Source: Candidatus Latescibacterota bacterium (GTDB taxonomy: Bacteria; Latescibacterota; UBA2968; UBA8231). Taken from it: 64,000 nt of DNA. The position numbers were made by a program, and so were the translations under genes. Under the pieces are notes generated by a model that saw nothing but the letters and a program-made list of their open reading frames with translations, was not told where the DNA came from and searched no databases. The stretch lies in the NCBI GenBank assembly GCA_965206595.1, contig OZ242214.1, positions 960,001 through 1,024,000 of the forward strand, read 5' to 3'. This document shows positions 9,755 through 24,071 of this stretch, one piece after another (the stretch's first letter is position 1; each line of letters starts with the position of its first letter).

Positions 9755-10479
9755 TTACCACGCCAACCCCACCCCCCGCTCCCGCAGATCCGCCCGCTGG
9801 CGCTCATAGTCCGGCATGAGCCGCCCCAGGGCCCGCCAGTAGTCGCGCCCGTGGCCCCGGTGCCGAAGGTGCACCAGCTCGTGGACCACCACGTAATCCA
9901 CCAGACGCATGGGGGCCTGGATGATGCGCCAGTTCAGCCGGATTGTCCCGCTGCGGTTGCAGCTCCCCCAGCGCTTCTGCTGGTCCGCGATAACCACCCG
10001 GGGCATCGCGACGCCAACCTTCGACCGCCACGCCTCCACGCGTTCCGGCAACCGCTCCGCGGCGTGACGCCGCAGCCACGCGACCAAAGCCGCTCTCACG
10101 TGATCCCTCTGCCCCTCCCCCGCTGGCGCGGGCACGTGCAGCCACCCCCCGCGCAGCTTCGCCTCCCCCGGCCCCCCGGAATCAACCTTCAGCCGGTAGT
10201 GCCGTCCCAGGTACATCACGCTCTCGCCGCTGACGAACTCCCGCGGCGGAGGAGGATCCCCCGACTCCACCCCCCGGAGCCGCTTCACGATCCACGGTGC
10301 TTTCCGCCGGACCATCGCATCCAGTCGGCTGGTGCTGATCTGCTCCGGGGCCACGAGCAACACCCAGCCTCCGGAATCCACCGTCACCGCCACGGTCTTC
10401 TTCCGCCGGGCGCTGCGGCGGATGGCATAGGTCAGGCGCGTATCCCCCCAGGCGATCTCCGAAGTTTCCAGGCTGCCGG

Positions 10480-10483
<4 letters not shown>
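9755..10483 (-). CDS. M48/YgjP-like (DUF45) zinc metallopeptidase associated with type I R-M
   Basis: KRWGSC...IRLNW...DYVVVHELVH; coupled to the hsdR stop. Confidence 0.9.
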
Positions 10484-13491
<3,008 letters not shown>

Positions 13492-13495
<4 letters not shown>

Positions 13496-14257
13496 GCGGC
13501 CTCGGTGTCCGGGGTGACGCGGAGCTCGCCGGTGAGAAGGGCAGCCATAAGGGACTGTTTGGCTCTTTGAAGTCCCTCCATCTTCTCCTCTTCTACTTGC
13601 AGCCTAATCTCAAATCCACCGAGTACCCCTTCCATCTCGTCTTGTTCCGAGAGCGGGGGCAGGGGAACTCTCAGATCATGGATTGGACCTTGCGTAACGA
13701 GCGGCTGTCCAGATTTCTTCCGCAGCTTGGCCAAGTTCTCGAACTGCAGAAGAGGGGTCAGAAACCCAACGTTTACCGGCCGCAGCCAGTCCCGAGTATA
13801 GAGCGCGTTATCAGACACCCAACAAGCCCGATCCGGGCGGTGAACTACCCCACAATATTCCCCGACTCGTCCAACTACCAAGAGTGGCGGCTCCGCGTTC
13901 GATGACGACGTAAACCCGGCAATACCATTACCACCGAATACAGGGTATGGATTCTCGGTCGAGGTGGTCTCTTCGAGGGATCGAACCGCGATGCTCTTGC
14001 CACTTGTCAATTTGAAGATTTGCCCCAACTGAACTACTTCCCACTCCGCTGGAATCTCCCCAATCTCCGTCTGCTTGAACCGCGTGTGCCGGCCCGGCAG
14101 GCCCCGCGTGAGCAGCTCCTGCATCAGGCCGCGCTTGACGACCTGCACTTGGTCGATGACCGCCTGAGTCTTCTCGATGGCGTCGTCCACCGAGGAGAGG
14201 ATGGCGGCAATCTTGCGCTGCTCGGGAACGGGCGGAATCGGAACATTCAGGCTCTTC
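13492..14257 (-). pseudogene. hsdS: Type I R-M specificity subunit, 3' half only (one TRD), truncated by IS256
   Basis: PIPPVPEQRKIAAILSSVD, TEIGEIPAEW, PLPPLSEQ, LLTGELRV; low-GC TRD. Confidence 0.9.
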
Positions 14258-15684
14258 GGGCAAGTCCCATTTTCAGTTGAAACAAAGCACAGGCTCGGTT
14301 GAATAGATCAGCCCGTCATAGCGAGCTGTTTGATACCGAGCTCGCCTTGCAGGGCGTGCCGCATCGTCGGTAAGTGACGGTAGCCCTTGACCCGGCGCAG
14401 ACGCGGTTCGATGTCCAACAGCGCCGTGGCTACCCAGCGGTGACGCTGCGATGAGTTGCTCCAGCGCCGCACGTTATGCGTCAACTGCTCCAGGAGACCG
14501 TTGACGTTCTCGATGCAGTTGGTGGTACGGAAGGAATTCTTCAACATCGGCATCACTCCCAAGCGGTGCAGGGTGAGGGTCTCTTCCAGGCCTTCCTCGA
14601 GGCTGCGCAGGGCGGACTGGTTCGTCAGCTCCAAGCCCGGTTTGAGCGCCTCCAGGGCAGCCTTGGCCTCCTCGTACGTCGCTTGCCCGTAGGCCGCTTC
14701 CATTTTGTAACGGATCCGGGCCTGCTCGCTCTTGGGCAGATACGAGACGACGTTCTGGCGTTTGTGATACTGGCAGCGCTGCACGCAGGCATGCCCTTTC
14801 AGCACCGACCGCACCGCCTTGTACAGTCCCTTGCCGCCGTCGAGGACGACCAGCAGTCCGGCTTCATACTGCAAGCCTCGTTCGACCAGATCGGACAGGA
14901 AGCGCCGGCAGACGCGCTCGTTCTCGGTGGCCGCCTGCACGAAGCCTAGCGGAATCTTGTGTCCGTCCAGGGTGACGCCCAAGGCGATGAGGATCTCCTC
15001 GTCGGCGAAGCTCTTGCCGTCGAGAAACAGCGCCACCAGATCGTATCCTTGCAAAGATCGCTCCTGGAATTCGGCCAGCTTTCGCGCCGTGCCTTTCACG
15101 TAGCGCCGCGACACCGAGGAACCGGACCGGCCGAAGGCGGCCGGGACGGCCTCGGCGCAGGCCTCGTAGTCGCGCGTGGCGATCCCTTTCAACACGCGCA
15201 GCAACAGACCCTCGTCCTGGTTCCGGGGCCTCTGCAGGGCCGGGTAGGCCGCCAGCGGCACCTCGGTCCGGCTGGCCACATTGCGCACCCGCGGCACTTC
15301 GACCCTCAGTTTCTGATCGCCCAGATACACCGATCCGGACTGAGATCCCCAGCGGCGCACCGGCTGCTCGGCCCCCTTGCGCTGATAGCGCGGCCCGGCC
15401 AACTCCTCGACCGCCCGTTGCAATTCCTCGGCGACGGCTTGCAGACCCAAAGGAATCAGGCATTGGATCCCCTCGATGCGCGTATCCAGATCGCCGGTAA
15501 GGGCGGCGGCCTCCGCATTCACGGGGCCGATTTCCAGGCTGCGTTTGACCTGCTTCCGGGGTCCTGATAGCTTGCTCATGGCAGGCTCCTTTCTGTTACC
15601 TGATACGAGGTTTTCCGCAAAAACTTCCCGTACCAAGGTAGCGAGGGGAGCCTGTGCTGTTTCAACTAAGATCGGGACAATGCC
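14258..15684 (-). mobile_element. IS256-family insertion sequence
   Basis: Imperfect IRs of about 37 bp (GGGCAAGTCCCATTTTCAGTTGAAAC... / ...GTTTCAACTAAGATCGGGACAATGCC); flanks do not match, so no TSD. Confidence 0.85.
14308..15579 (-). CDS. IS256-family transposase
   Basis: LFLDGK, VVLDGGKGL, QRCQYHK, RTTNCIEN. Confidence 0.92.
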   Translation of the reverse strand: MSKLSGPRKQVKRSLEIGPVNAEAAALTGDLDTRIEGIQCLIPLGLQAVAEELQRAVEELAGPRYQRKGAEQPVRRWGSQSGSVYLGDQKLRVEVPRVRNVASRTEVPLAAYPALQRPRNQDEGLLLRVLKGIATRDYEACAEAVPAAFGRSGSSVSRRYVKGTARKLAEFQERSLQGYDLVALFLDGKSFADEEILIALGVTLDGHKIPLGFVQAATENERVCRRFLSDLVERGLQYEAGLLVVLDGGKGLYKAVRSVLKGHACVQRCQYHKRQNVVSYLPKSEQARIRYKMEAAYGQATYEEAKAALEALKPGLELTNQSALRSLEEGLEETLTLHRLGVMPMLKNSFRTTNCIENVNGLLEQLTHNVRRWSNSSQRHRWVATALLDIEPRLRRVKGYRHLPTMRHALQGELGIKQLAMTG

Positions 15685-15716
15685 TTCTCTTATCCCCCTT
15701 CTGAAAGGAGAGACCT

Positions 15717-16745
15717 ATGGTGACGGGGCGTCCATTACCGCCGTTAGAGCTGAGTCCGTCGGACCGGGAACGATTGGAATCGATGGCCAAATCCCGGAGC
15801 CTTTCCCACGGGTTGGTGCGGCGAGCCGAGATTAGTCTGCTGGCCGCAGAAGGCTGGCCCAATGAAGCCGTCGCCGCCGCCGTGGGTGTGACGCGTGCTA
15901 CGGTCGGCAAGTGGCGCCGGCGCTTTCTCGAAAACGGGCTCCCGGGCTTGCATGATGAGCTGCGCTCAGGGGCGCCACGATCGAGTACGGATGAACAGGT
16001 AGCCGAGGTGGTATACAAGACCCTGAAGACCAAGCCCAAAGACGAAACACAGTGGTCGGTGCGCTCCATGGGCGAAGAAACCGGCTTGACCAAGGACGCG
16101 GTTCATCGCATTTGGCGCACGTATGGTTTGCAGCCCCATCGACACAAGCACTTCACGCTTTCCACCGATCCTTTCTTTGTCGACAAAGTACGGGATATCG
16201 TCGGCTTGTACCTGAATCCCCCCGAGCACGCCCTGGTGCTGTGCGTCGACGAGAAGAGCCGGATCCAGGCGTTGGAACGAAGTCAGCCCATGCTGCCCCT
16301 GGGACTGGGATACGTGGAAGGGATTACGCACGATTACAAGCGCCATGGCACCACCACCCTGTTTGCCGCCTTGGACGTAGCCACCGGGGAAGTGATGACC
16401 CAGTGCAAGCCCCGTCATCGTCACCAGGAGTTCCTTCAGTTCCTGCGCCACATCGAGGCCCACGTCCCCGCTGACCTCGATATTCATCTCGTCGTCGACA
16501 ACTACGCCACGCATAAGCATGCCAAGGTCAAGCGATGGTTGGCACGGCGTCCCCGATTTCACGTTCACTACACCCCCACCTATGCTTCGTGGCTCAATCA
16601 GGTGGAGATCTGGTTCAATATCCTTACCCGCCAGGCGGTTCGCCGGGACTCGTTCCGCAAGGTGTCGGAGCTCATCGAGCGCATCGAACGCTACACGGCC
16701 AAATGGAACGCCAACGCACACCCTTTCGTCTGGACGGCTACCTGA
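15717..16745 (+). CDS. IS630-family transposase, 3' end probably truncated
   Basis: [40 protein letters not shown]; stop codon lies in an IS66-type end. Confidence 0.9.
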   Translation: MVTGRPLPPLELSPSDRERLESMAKSRSLSHGLVRRAEISLLAAEGWPNEAVAAAVGVTRATVGKWRRRFLENGLPGLHDELRSGAPRSSTDEQVAEVVYKTLKTKPKDETQWSVRSMGEETGLTKDAVHRIWRTYGLQPHRHKHFTLSTDPFFVDKVRDIVGLYLNPPEHALVLCVDEKSRIQALERSQPMLPLGLGYVEGITHDYKRHGTTTLFAALDVATGEVMTQCKPRHRHQEFLQFLRHIEAHVPADLDIHLVVDNYATHKHAKVKRWLARRPRFHVHYTPTYASWLNQVEIWFNILTRQAVRRDSFRKVSELIERIERYTAKWNANAHPFVWTAT

Positions 16746-16753
16746 ACGGTTAC
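16742..16753. mobile_element. Orphan IS66-type terminal repeat
   Basis: CTGAACGGTTAC, identical to the IS66 right end at 20335-20346. Confidence 0.6.
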
Positions 16754-17118
16754 CTCCACCCATCCTGACCGCCCTGCACGAAGACGTGGCGGATGGCTTC
16801 GTTATTTGTGCGGGCGCACATCGCCTGTTGAAACAAGCGACCGTTTGTGAGGAAGCGAACAAATCCTTCTGGTTGCAACTTGTCGGCACCGGGATCACCA
16901 CAACATGGGCAGCCCACCTCGGTGCCGTATGCGCTCAAGCCAAGTGGCCGGCGATTACCTGTATGAATATCTGGGAGAGCCAACTCATCACCGAACCGAT
17001 CGAGTTGCGCGGCGGTTTCTACCGTGTGTCTGAAAAACCGGGTATTGGTGTGGAAGTTGATCAAACAGCCATGCAGAGATACGAGGTGGACTACTCCTTC
17101 GTGGACCTGCCCCGCCAG

Positions 17119-17972
17119 GAACCTATCTCAAAATAGGCAAACTTAAACTTATTCTCGAAATAACAGTGATGTCCCATTGGTGTATGGTCAATCTGACCGA
17201 CATGCAATGGCAACGAATCCGCCATCACTTTCCTGAAGAACTTCGTCCCAAGAGCCATCCGGGTCGCAAACCGGTTTGCACGCGTGATGTTTTTGAAGCC
17301 GTCCTTTGGATTCTAAACACCGGGGCTCAATGGCATATGTTGCCGCCGTGCTATCCGAACTACAAAACCGTGCATCGCCGTTTTCAAAACGGGTGTCGTC
17401 AAGGGGTGGTACGCGAAGTTCTCATGGACCTGGCCCAGACCCTTCACGAGCAAGGGGGCCTGGACGAATCGGAGGCTTTCATCGATGGCATGTTCTCGGC
17501 GGCCAAGGGTGGAGGTGCCGATATCGGCCACACCAAGCGAGGTAAGGGGGTGCGGGTCATGGGGATCGTGGACGGCAATGGGCTTCCCTTGTCGGTGAGC
17601 ACGCATGCAGCGAACCATCATGAAGTGACGCTGGTTCAGTTGACCTTTGACTTTTACCTCATCGAAGACCAACCTGACAACTTGATCGGCGACAAGGCGT
17701 ACGACAGCGATTCGTTGGATGAAGAACGTAAGAAAGACGGGATCGAGATGATCGCCCCGCATCGCCAGAATCGGACCAAGAAAAAGACTCAGGACGGACG
17801 GCGATTGCGGCGTTATGTGCGGCGTTGGATGGTTGAGAGATTCTTTGCTTGGCTTCAATGGCAGCGTCGAGTGATCACTCGCTGGGAATTGTATCCGGAG
17901 AATTTTCTTGGCTTCGTCCAACTTGCATCCATTTTGATTTTACTTAAACAATTTCAATTTTGAGATAGGTTC
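17119..17972 (+). mobile_element. IS5-family insertion sequence
   Basis: Perfect 16-bp IR GAACCTATCTCAAAAT / ATTTTGAGATAGGTTC. Confidence 0.88.
17166..17963 (+). CDS. IS5-family transposase
   Basis: LTDMQW, WILNTGAQW, GDKAYDSD, RRWMVERFFAWL. Confidence 0.9.
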   Translation: MMSHWCMVNLTDMQWQRIRHHFPEELRPKSHPGRKPVCTRDVFEAVLWILNTGAQWHMLPPCYPNYKTVHRRFQNGCRQGVVREVLMDLAQTLHEQGGLDESEAFIDGMFSAAKGGGADIGHTKRGKGVRVMGIVDGNGLPLSVSTHAANHHEVTLVQLTFDFYLIEDQPDNLIGDKAYDSDSLDEERKKDGIEMIAPHRQNRTKKKTQDGRRLRRYVRRWMVERFFAWLQWQRRVITRWELYPENFLGFVQLASILILLKQFQF

Positions 17973-18383
17973 ATGTCTATCGCTATGCCCGCGCCAGCAG
18001 AGAAACCACCTACTACGGCTGCAGCAAACAGGAACTCCATGCGGTCTATCCGAACGACGCCATGCCTGCTTCCGAGACGGGATCTTCTCTGGAAGCCGTT
18101 CCCGACGACGGAAGTGATGTGTTCAAGGAACTCCATGATGCCGTGCAGGGCGGCAGGACTGTGCGCCGGCTCGAGCAATAAAGGGGCCTGGACCCGGCCG
18201 CGAGTCTCCGCTGCAATCAACCGGCCGTAGGATCTGAACCGCGGCCGCGAATCCCGGATTACTCTGCATCAAACCGGATCCAACCATCCATCTGCCCCTG
18301 CTGGCCATCTCGCTCCTCTTTGTGGCTCCACCGCTGCCAGCGGGGATGGGAGCGGGGTTGCTGTTAAAGAAACGACTGAACAT

Positions 18384-18773
18384 TCAAGATGCGGGAACAC
18401 CAATCGAGGCGTGGATCTGTGCAAACATCCACACCTCATCAACTTTTTCCAACACGCCCGTCATTCGCATCACGAACTCCTCCAGTGTGCCTTGCCATTT
18501 GAGTCGCCACACCTGACGCGTGTAGAACCACCCGACGTTTTCCCGTTCATGGACGTCAAGATTGATAAACTTAATGCTGAAATCCTCTGTGCTTGCGACG
18601 TGGTTTCGGTAATACGCCGCGATCTCTGCGCCCCCCTCAACAACTTCATCAGAGTCGGTGCCGATCTTAACATAGTGAGAGGCAGGACGCATCATTGCAA
18701 TGAGGGTTTCAGCATCTCCAATAACAAGCGCGTCAAAATACGCCCGCACCGTATCATGCGCATTCGACATCAT
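18384..18773 (-). CDS. SnoaL/NTF2-like protein
   Basis: RMTGVLEKVDEVWMFAQIHAS C-terminal signature. Confidence 0.8.
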   Translation of the reverse strand: MMSNAHDTVRAYFDALVIGDAETLIAMMRPASHYVKIGTDSDEVVEGGAEIAAYYRNHVASTEDFSIKFINLDVHERENVGWFYTRQVWRLKWQGTLEEFVMRMTGVLEKVDEVWMFAQIHASIGVPAS

Positions 18774-18843
18774 GAAATCCCGTAAGGGCATCCCAATTGC
18801 GGCAATCCCACATGTGTCGATGCGTATCGACGATGGGTAGCAT
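18754..18843 (-). pseudogene. N-terminal stub of an amidohydrolase
   Basis: Strong RBS followed by MLPIVDTHRHMWD (DxHxH motif), then an early stop. Confidence 0.55.
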
Positions 18844-18863
18844 GGTCTTTCCTTCCTTTATTA

Positions 18864-20346
18864 GTAACCGTTCAGTCTCCCTGCAGTAGTTTGCGCATGT
18901 AAAGAAATACCTAAGCGGGTTTTCGGGTTCGTCGGTATTTTCGGATTGGTTGTGTGTTGCAGATTCTCCGGATACGAGCAACCCCATGAAGAGACCCCCT
19001 GAGGGTGCGATTTCCGAAGGCGACTTGCGTCAGCGCATTGTCCAGCTCGAGCGGATCGTGGAACAACAGACGTCCCGCATCGCCGAGCTGGAGCAGGAAT
19101 TGGCCCGTCGCAAGGGGCGATCCCGCCGTGGCGCTCAAACCTCCTCGTCGGGTTCCTCCACGCGGCGTACCGATGCCTCCGGCCGTCGCCGGTCCTCGGG
19201 GCGCTCGCCGGGCGGACAGCCCGGGCACGAAGGACCCGGCCGCTCGTGGGTATCGGTCGAGCAGGTGGACGAACGGATCCCGGTCAAGCCCAGCCATTGC
19301 CACGGATGCGGGCACCCGTTGACGGGAGACGATCCTCATCCGCAGCGTCACCAGGAAGTCGTCATCCCGCCGCTGCGGGCCGAGGTCATCGAGTATCAGT
19401 TGCACACCCTGCGCTGCGCTCACTGCGACCGCCTGACCGCAGCCGGTTGGCCCGAGGGCGTATCGCGGCACACCTTCGGTCCCAGCGTGCAGGCCTGGGT
19501 CGGCCTGCTGGCCGGGGCCTACCGGCTGAGCAAGCGCAACATCCGGGCGCTGTTGTCCGACGCCTTCGGCCTCGAGGTGTCGCTGGGTACCGTCAGCCGG
19601 CTGGAACGGGAAGTGGCTGCGACCCTGGCGGCTCCGGTCGAGGAGGCGCGCGCCTTCGTTCGCCGACAGGGCCTCGTCAACGTCGACGAGACCGGCTGGC
19701 GCCAGGGCCGCGCCAAGGCCTGGTTGTGGACCGCGGTGACCGAGGGCGTCACCGTATTCTCCATTCGCCCCAGCCGGGGACGCGACGGGGTCGATGAGAT
19801 GCTGGGTGCGGATAACACGGCGGTGGTCGGCTGCGATCGCTATTCGGCCTATGGGCATCTGCCGCTTCGACGCCGGCAAGTGTGCTGGGCGCATCTGCGG
19901 CGCGCCTTCGAGGAGTTCGTGGCCCGGGGCGGAGAGGCCGGGCGCGTCGGTCACCACCTGTTGGACCGCAGCGAGCAGCTGTTTACCTGGTGGCATCAAG
20001 TCCGCGACGGCACCCTGTCCCGCGCCCGCTTCCAGGACTATATCGACGATTTGTGTCTGCGCTTTCGTTTTCATTTGTGCTATGGGCAGCGGTTCGCCGA
20101 CGCCAAGACGGCGGCCACCTGCGGAAATCTCCTCGACCTCGGGCCGGCCCGAGCGCCTGCTCACGGTGCGCGATACCCTGGGCCAGCAACAGCGCAACGT
20201 CCTCGACTATCTCAGGATGGCCTGTCAGGCTGCCGTGTCTCAGCAGCCGGCGCCCTCGCTGCTGCCTTCAGCCCACTCCCCCATTCGTTAATATTCTGCT
20301 ACCATTCCGCCCCCGGCCCCAACCTGCCAGGGAACTGAACGGTTAC
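18864..20346 (+). mobile_element. IS66-family insertion sequence (tnpC only) with 8-bp TSD
   Basis: IR GTAACCGTTCAG / CTGAACGGTTAC; TSD CTTTATTA at 18856-18863 and 20347-20354. Confidence 0.92.
18986..20291 (+). pseudogene. IS66 TnpC transposase with internal deletion and frameshift near 20145
   Basis: GGQPGHEG, CHGCG, VDETGW, QVCWAHLRR; the PTNNxAER segment is missing. Confidence 0.85.
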
Positions 20347-20359
20347 CTTTATTAAGTGG

Positions 20360-20869
20360 TTAAATCTCAACTCGGCTCTCGTACACCTGGGCATGACCAC
20401 TTTGGTCCGACGCAAAAACCACGTAGCGTTCACCCGGGGAGAAATGCGGATGCGGATGCGTGTGCTGCGGCGCATGGACCGCGACCACTCGCACCACCAC
20501 CTCCTGTTCCCGCCCCACCCGGATCATCTCCCGCGCCTGCGCCACCAAACTGCACCAAGTGGTCTCGCACAAATTGTGGATGCCGTGGCTCGACAGGTAT
20601 ATCGAATACGCGTAGTGCGAGGGCACCGGCGTGACGACCAACGCCGCCTCGGCGATCCCGTCCCTGACCAATTCGCGCACATCGTAAGCCCGCACGCCGA
20701 GCGCTGCGGCCGCCCGGTCGCAATGCTCCTCGACCGGATCGACGCAAGCCACCACCTCGACCCAGTCTTCAAGCGACGGCAGCAAAGGCTGATAAATGGT
20801 GCTGGCGCGATTGTAAGGATTTCGGCGCCTTTCTGATCCGAAGCTCCTTCCGGCGGGGGGCTCGAGCAA
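20360..20869 (-). pseudogene. Chimeric remnant: Gfo/Idh/MocA N-terminus fused to an oligogalacturonate-lyase/TolB-like C-terminus
   Basis: VVACVDP...LVVTPVPSH...HNLCET followed by HPHPHFSPGERYVVFASDQSGHAQVY. Confidence 0.6.
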
Positions 20870-20955
20870 ATCAGGTGAGGAAAGTCACTTCAGCGTCCAC
20901 ATAGTAGGCGCATTGACTGCAATTGACTATTATGCGCCGGTGAGGAAACACCCCC

Positions 20956-22125
20956 ATGAAAATCGAATCGATCGACTTCCAAATCCTCGAAAGCGATCCC
21001 GTTGAACCGGAGTGGCGTCCACTGCGGGCGATGCGAGAGTATCCGGGGTCGACCAAGGTGCGGTTCGGGCATCGGCTGTTCAGCGGGGACGGGATCCGCT
21101 TGGAGCCCAGGCCGGCTTACACGTGTCTGCTCCGGATCCGAACCGATGCGAATCTCGAGAGCATCGGATCCTTCTCCTCCGGCTGGGGGAAAGAGGATCT
21201 CGAGTGGGGGGCGCGTACGTTCAAGGTCCAGTGGGAGCCGGAACTCGTCGGGCAGGATGCACTGAATCGCGAGTATATGTGGCACAAAATGTGGATGGCC
21301 CGGCGCTACTTTCATATGACATCGACAGGTCCTCTCGCTTTGATCGACACGCTTTTGTGGGATCTGGCGGGGCTCCACGCCAGGTTGCCTGTCCACAAGC
21401 TGCTCGGTGGATTTCGCGATCGTGTCCCGGCCTATCTCACGGAAACGGGCATCCCCTACGAAGACACGCTGAAGTCGGCGCAACGGGCAGTGGACGAGGG
21501 TTACAAGGGGTTCAAGGACCACTCGATGCTGGGCGTCGAAACAAACCTCGCCCTCGCCAGGGACATCCGCAGTCTGGTCGGCAACGAGATGGCATTAATG
21601 CACGATCCCGTCCAGCAATACACCGTTGAAGATGCCATCAAAGTGTCGCGCGGGTTGGAAGAGCTGGGGTACATATGGATCGAAGAGCCCCTGCAGGAGT
21701 TCGACATCAACGGGCTGAAACGTCTTTCCGACGCGGTTGATCTACCGGTGATGGCGCTCGAATCGATACATGGAAATCCCTACCTGGCGACGCCCTATCT
21801 TGTGGCGGGAGCGATCGATATCGTGCGGAATACCGGGCTCGGGATCACCGGCAAGATGAAGCTCGCGAATCTTGCAGAGATGTTCGGACTGAATGTCCAC
21901 GGTGGAGGGGCGCAGGTTGTGGCCGCGACCCGAAACGACGACTGGTGGGAAGTGGGGGCGTGGCTGCCGACGGTCGCTGACCGCTCGATTTCTGCGGCAT
22001 TTGCTGGCCTGATACGGGAAACTACGGAGGTCAGGGACGGCTATATGTATGTGCCACAGACGCCTGGGTTGGGGCGGGAGATAGACTGGGCGCAGATTGA
22101 GGCGAGGACCATTTTAAGGGTGTAG
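20956..22125 (+). CDS. Mandelate racemase/muconate lactonizing enzyme family protein
   Basis: IDTLLWDLAG, GYKGFKDH, LMHDP, WIEEP, PQTPGLG. Confidence 0.9.
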   Translation: MKIESIDFQILESDPVEPEWRPLRAMREYPGSTKVRFGHRLFSGDGIRLEPRPAYTCLLRIRTDANLESIGSFSSGWGKEDLEWGARTFKVQWEPELVGQDALNREYMWHKMWMARRYFHMTSTGPLALIDTLLWDLAGLHARLPVHKLLGGFRDRVPAYLTETGIPYEDTLKSAQRAVDEGYKGFKDHSMLGVETNLALARDIRSLVGNEMALMHDPVQQYTVEDAIKVSRGLEELGYIWIEEPLQEFDINGLKRLSDAVDLPVMALESIHGNPYLATPYLVAGAIDIVRNTGLGITGKMKLANLAEMFGLNVHGGGAQVVAATRNDDWWEVGAWLPTVADRSISAAFAGLIRETTEVRDGYMYVPQTPGLGREIDWAQIEARTILRV

Positions 22126-22184
22126 CCGCGTTTTTACGCAGCCATCGTGCGGGGTTGAAATGAACAACAACGACTGAAAAAATG
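22118..22184. mobile_element. Orphan end of an ISKra4-like element
   Basis: First 28 bp GGGTGTAGCCGCGTTTTTACGCAGCCAT identical to 31252-31279. Confidence 0.75.
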
Positions 22185-23405
22185 GGCTCCTCTGGAGAAT
22201 CTGTGGGTGAGGAGGGGAGGCTGCGGCGATGGGAATAGAGGAGGCCAGGTAGCCCAGGCGCATCATCCCCCGGTATGTTGGGACAGTCCACCAAGACGGA
22301 ACCCAACTACCTGTGGAGGGAATGATGCGCCTGATCACGGTACTAAACCGGTGCACGACCTTCAAGCGGTTTGTGTTTGAGGGCAGTCATTTTGACCGGC
22401 ACGGAAGGATAATGGTGAGGATAAGGCCACGGAAAAACTCCCGGGGCGCGTGCAGCGGCTGCGGTCACTTGGCCCCCACCTATGACACGGCCCCCGAGGC
22501 CCGGCTGTTCGAGTTTGTTCCCCTCTGGGGGTTTCCGGTCTTTCTGGTGTATCGCATGCGCCGGGTTGCCTGCAAAGCCTGCGGCCGGGTGGTCGTCGAG
22601 AAGGTCCCCTGGAGCACGGGCAAGCACCACCTGACCGACCTCTACCGCTGCTTCCTGGCCCAGGGGGCCAAAAAACTGTCGTGGATCGAGGTGGCGCGTT
22701 CCTTCCGGACCCGTTGGGACAAGGTCTACCACTCCGTCCAGTACGTCGTGGACTATGGGCTCGCTCATCGCTGCCTCGACCAGGTCACGGCCCTCGGCGT
22801 GGATGAAATCCAGTATCGTAAGGGGCCTCATTATCTGACGTTGCTGTACCAGATCGACCCCCACCGCCGCCGCCTGTTGTGGATGGGCGAGAAGCGGACG
22901 AAGAAGGCCTTGAACGACGGCTTTACCGAACGGGAGCAGGAGCACCGGCGCAAGCAGGAAGCCGACGGCGAGCAGGAGCCGACCCGTTTCCTCGACCAGA
23001 AGCGACTCCCAAGGCTTGAAGCTGTCGGAGCTATTGAAGATGAACCTGCGGACGGTCAGAGCCTACCTGCTCAAGGAGGACTTCCAGCGCTTCTGGGACT
23101 ACACCTACTCCGCGTGGGCTGAGAAGTTCCTCCAGCGCGGGTGTTTCCGTACGATGAGAAGCAACATCGAACCGATGAAAGACATCGCCGGAATGCTGCG
23201 GCGTCACCAAGAGCTCATCCTCAATTGGTTCAGGGCCAGGAAGCAGTTCAACAACGGCATGGTCGAGGGCTTGAACCTGAAATGGAATCTGACAGGGAGA
23301 AAAGCATTCGGATGCCGCACCTTCAAGGCACTCCAAATCGCTTCATTCCATCAGCTTGGCGATTTACCCGAGCCACAATTCACCCACGAATTCTACTGAC
23401 GAGCC
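22185..23405 (+). mobile_element. ISL3-family element with internally deleted, frameshifted transposase (22313-23399)
   Basis: Imperfect IRs GGCTC...GTGGGTGA; LGVDEI, RAYLLKEDF, NGMVEGLN; no TSD. Confidence 0.85.
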
Positions 23406-24004
23406 GAATTTATTGACTACTACAACGACTGTATTGTTCTGGTGATCGACGGAGATCACGGCGGCGGTGCGGGTAGTGACAACATTGTCTCGGTGGAAGA
23501 GGCCGCGGAAATTCGGAACAGAAGCCAGGAATATTTCGCCATCGCCCGCACCCCGGAAGGGCCGATTCTGGATGAAACGTTCACCAGGTCCAGGTCGGGA
23601 GAGTTCGCCTGGACGGTCCTGCCCCCTTATGGGGACGGCGGAGAGGGGGGTGGCCGGAGAAAACCCGATCATCAGCGTGATCGAGCTGTACGTCACCCCG
23701 TTCGACCGCTGGGCGTGGGACGACATCGAGGGGAGCGCGGTCAGCGATCTGGCCCCGAACAAAACAATCGGCTTCGGGATCATGGTGAATGAGGAGGACC
23801 CTCCTGAAGACGAATGGGGCGCGCCCTGGGTCGAAGCCTCGCAACCTGTCGATCACTACAGTCGATCACTACAATGGCATTTGGGCCCTGCAAGCCGACG
23901 GCTATCTCGACGGCCTGCTGCTGCCTCCGGAAGGCGAACTGGAAGACAGCGCGGTCGAGTCGGTATCCTGGGGCCGGATCAAGGCCGCCCTGGAGATGGA
24001 GTAG
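23406..24004 (+). pseudogene. Tandem paralogue copy 1, 5'-truncated by ISL3, two frameshifts
   Basis: IDGDHGGG, AWTVLPPYGDGG, VIELYVTPFDRW, ends SAVESVSWGRIKAALEME. Confidence 0.85.
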
Positions 24005-24071
24005 CCGCATACCCGGCCATCCCTGACGCCGCCACCGATCCTTCGATGGCGTCCAGCAAGGAGGAAGATTC

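Larger units (their letters stand above)
16754..18181 (+). pseudogene. C-terminal remnant of a mandelate racemase/enolase-superfamily gene, interrupted by IS5
   Basis: FWLQLVGTGITT...VSEKPGIGVEVD...DLPR [IS5] HVYRYARAS...RRLEQ*. Confidence 0.75.
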
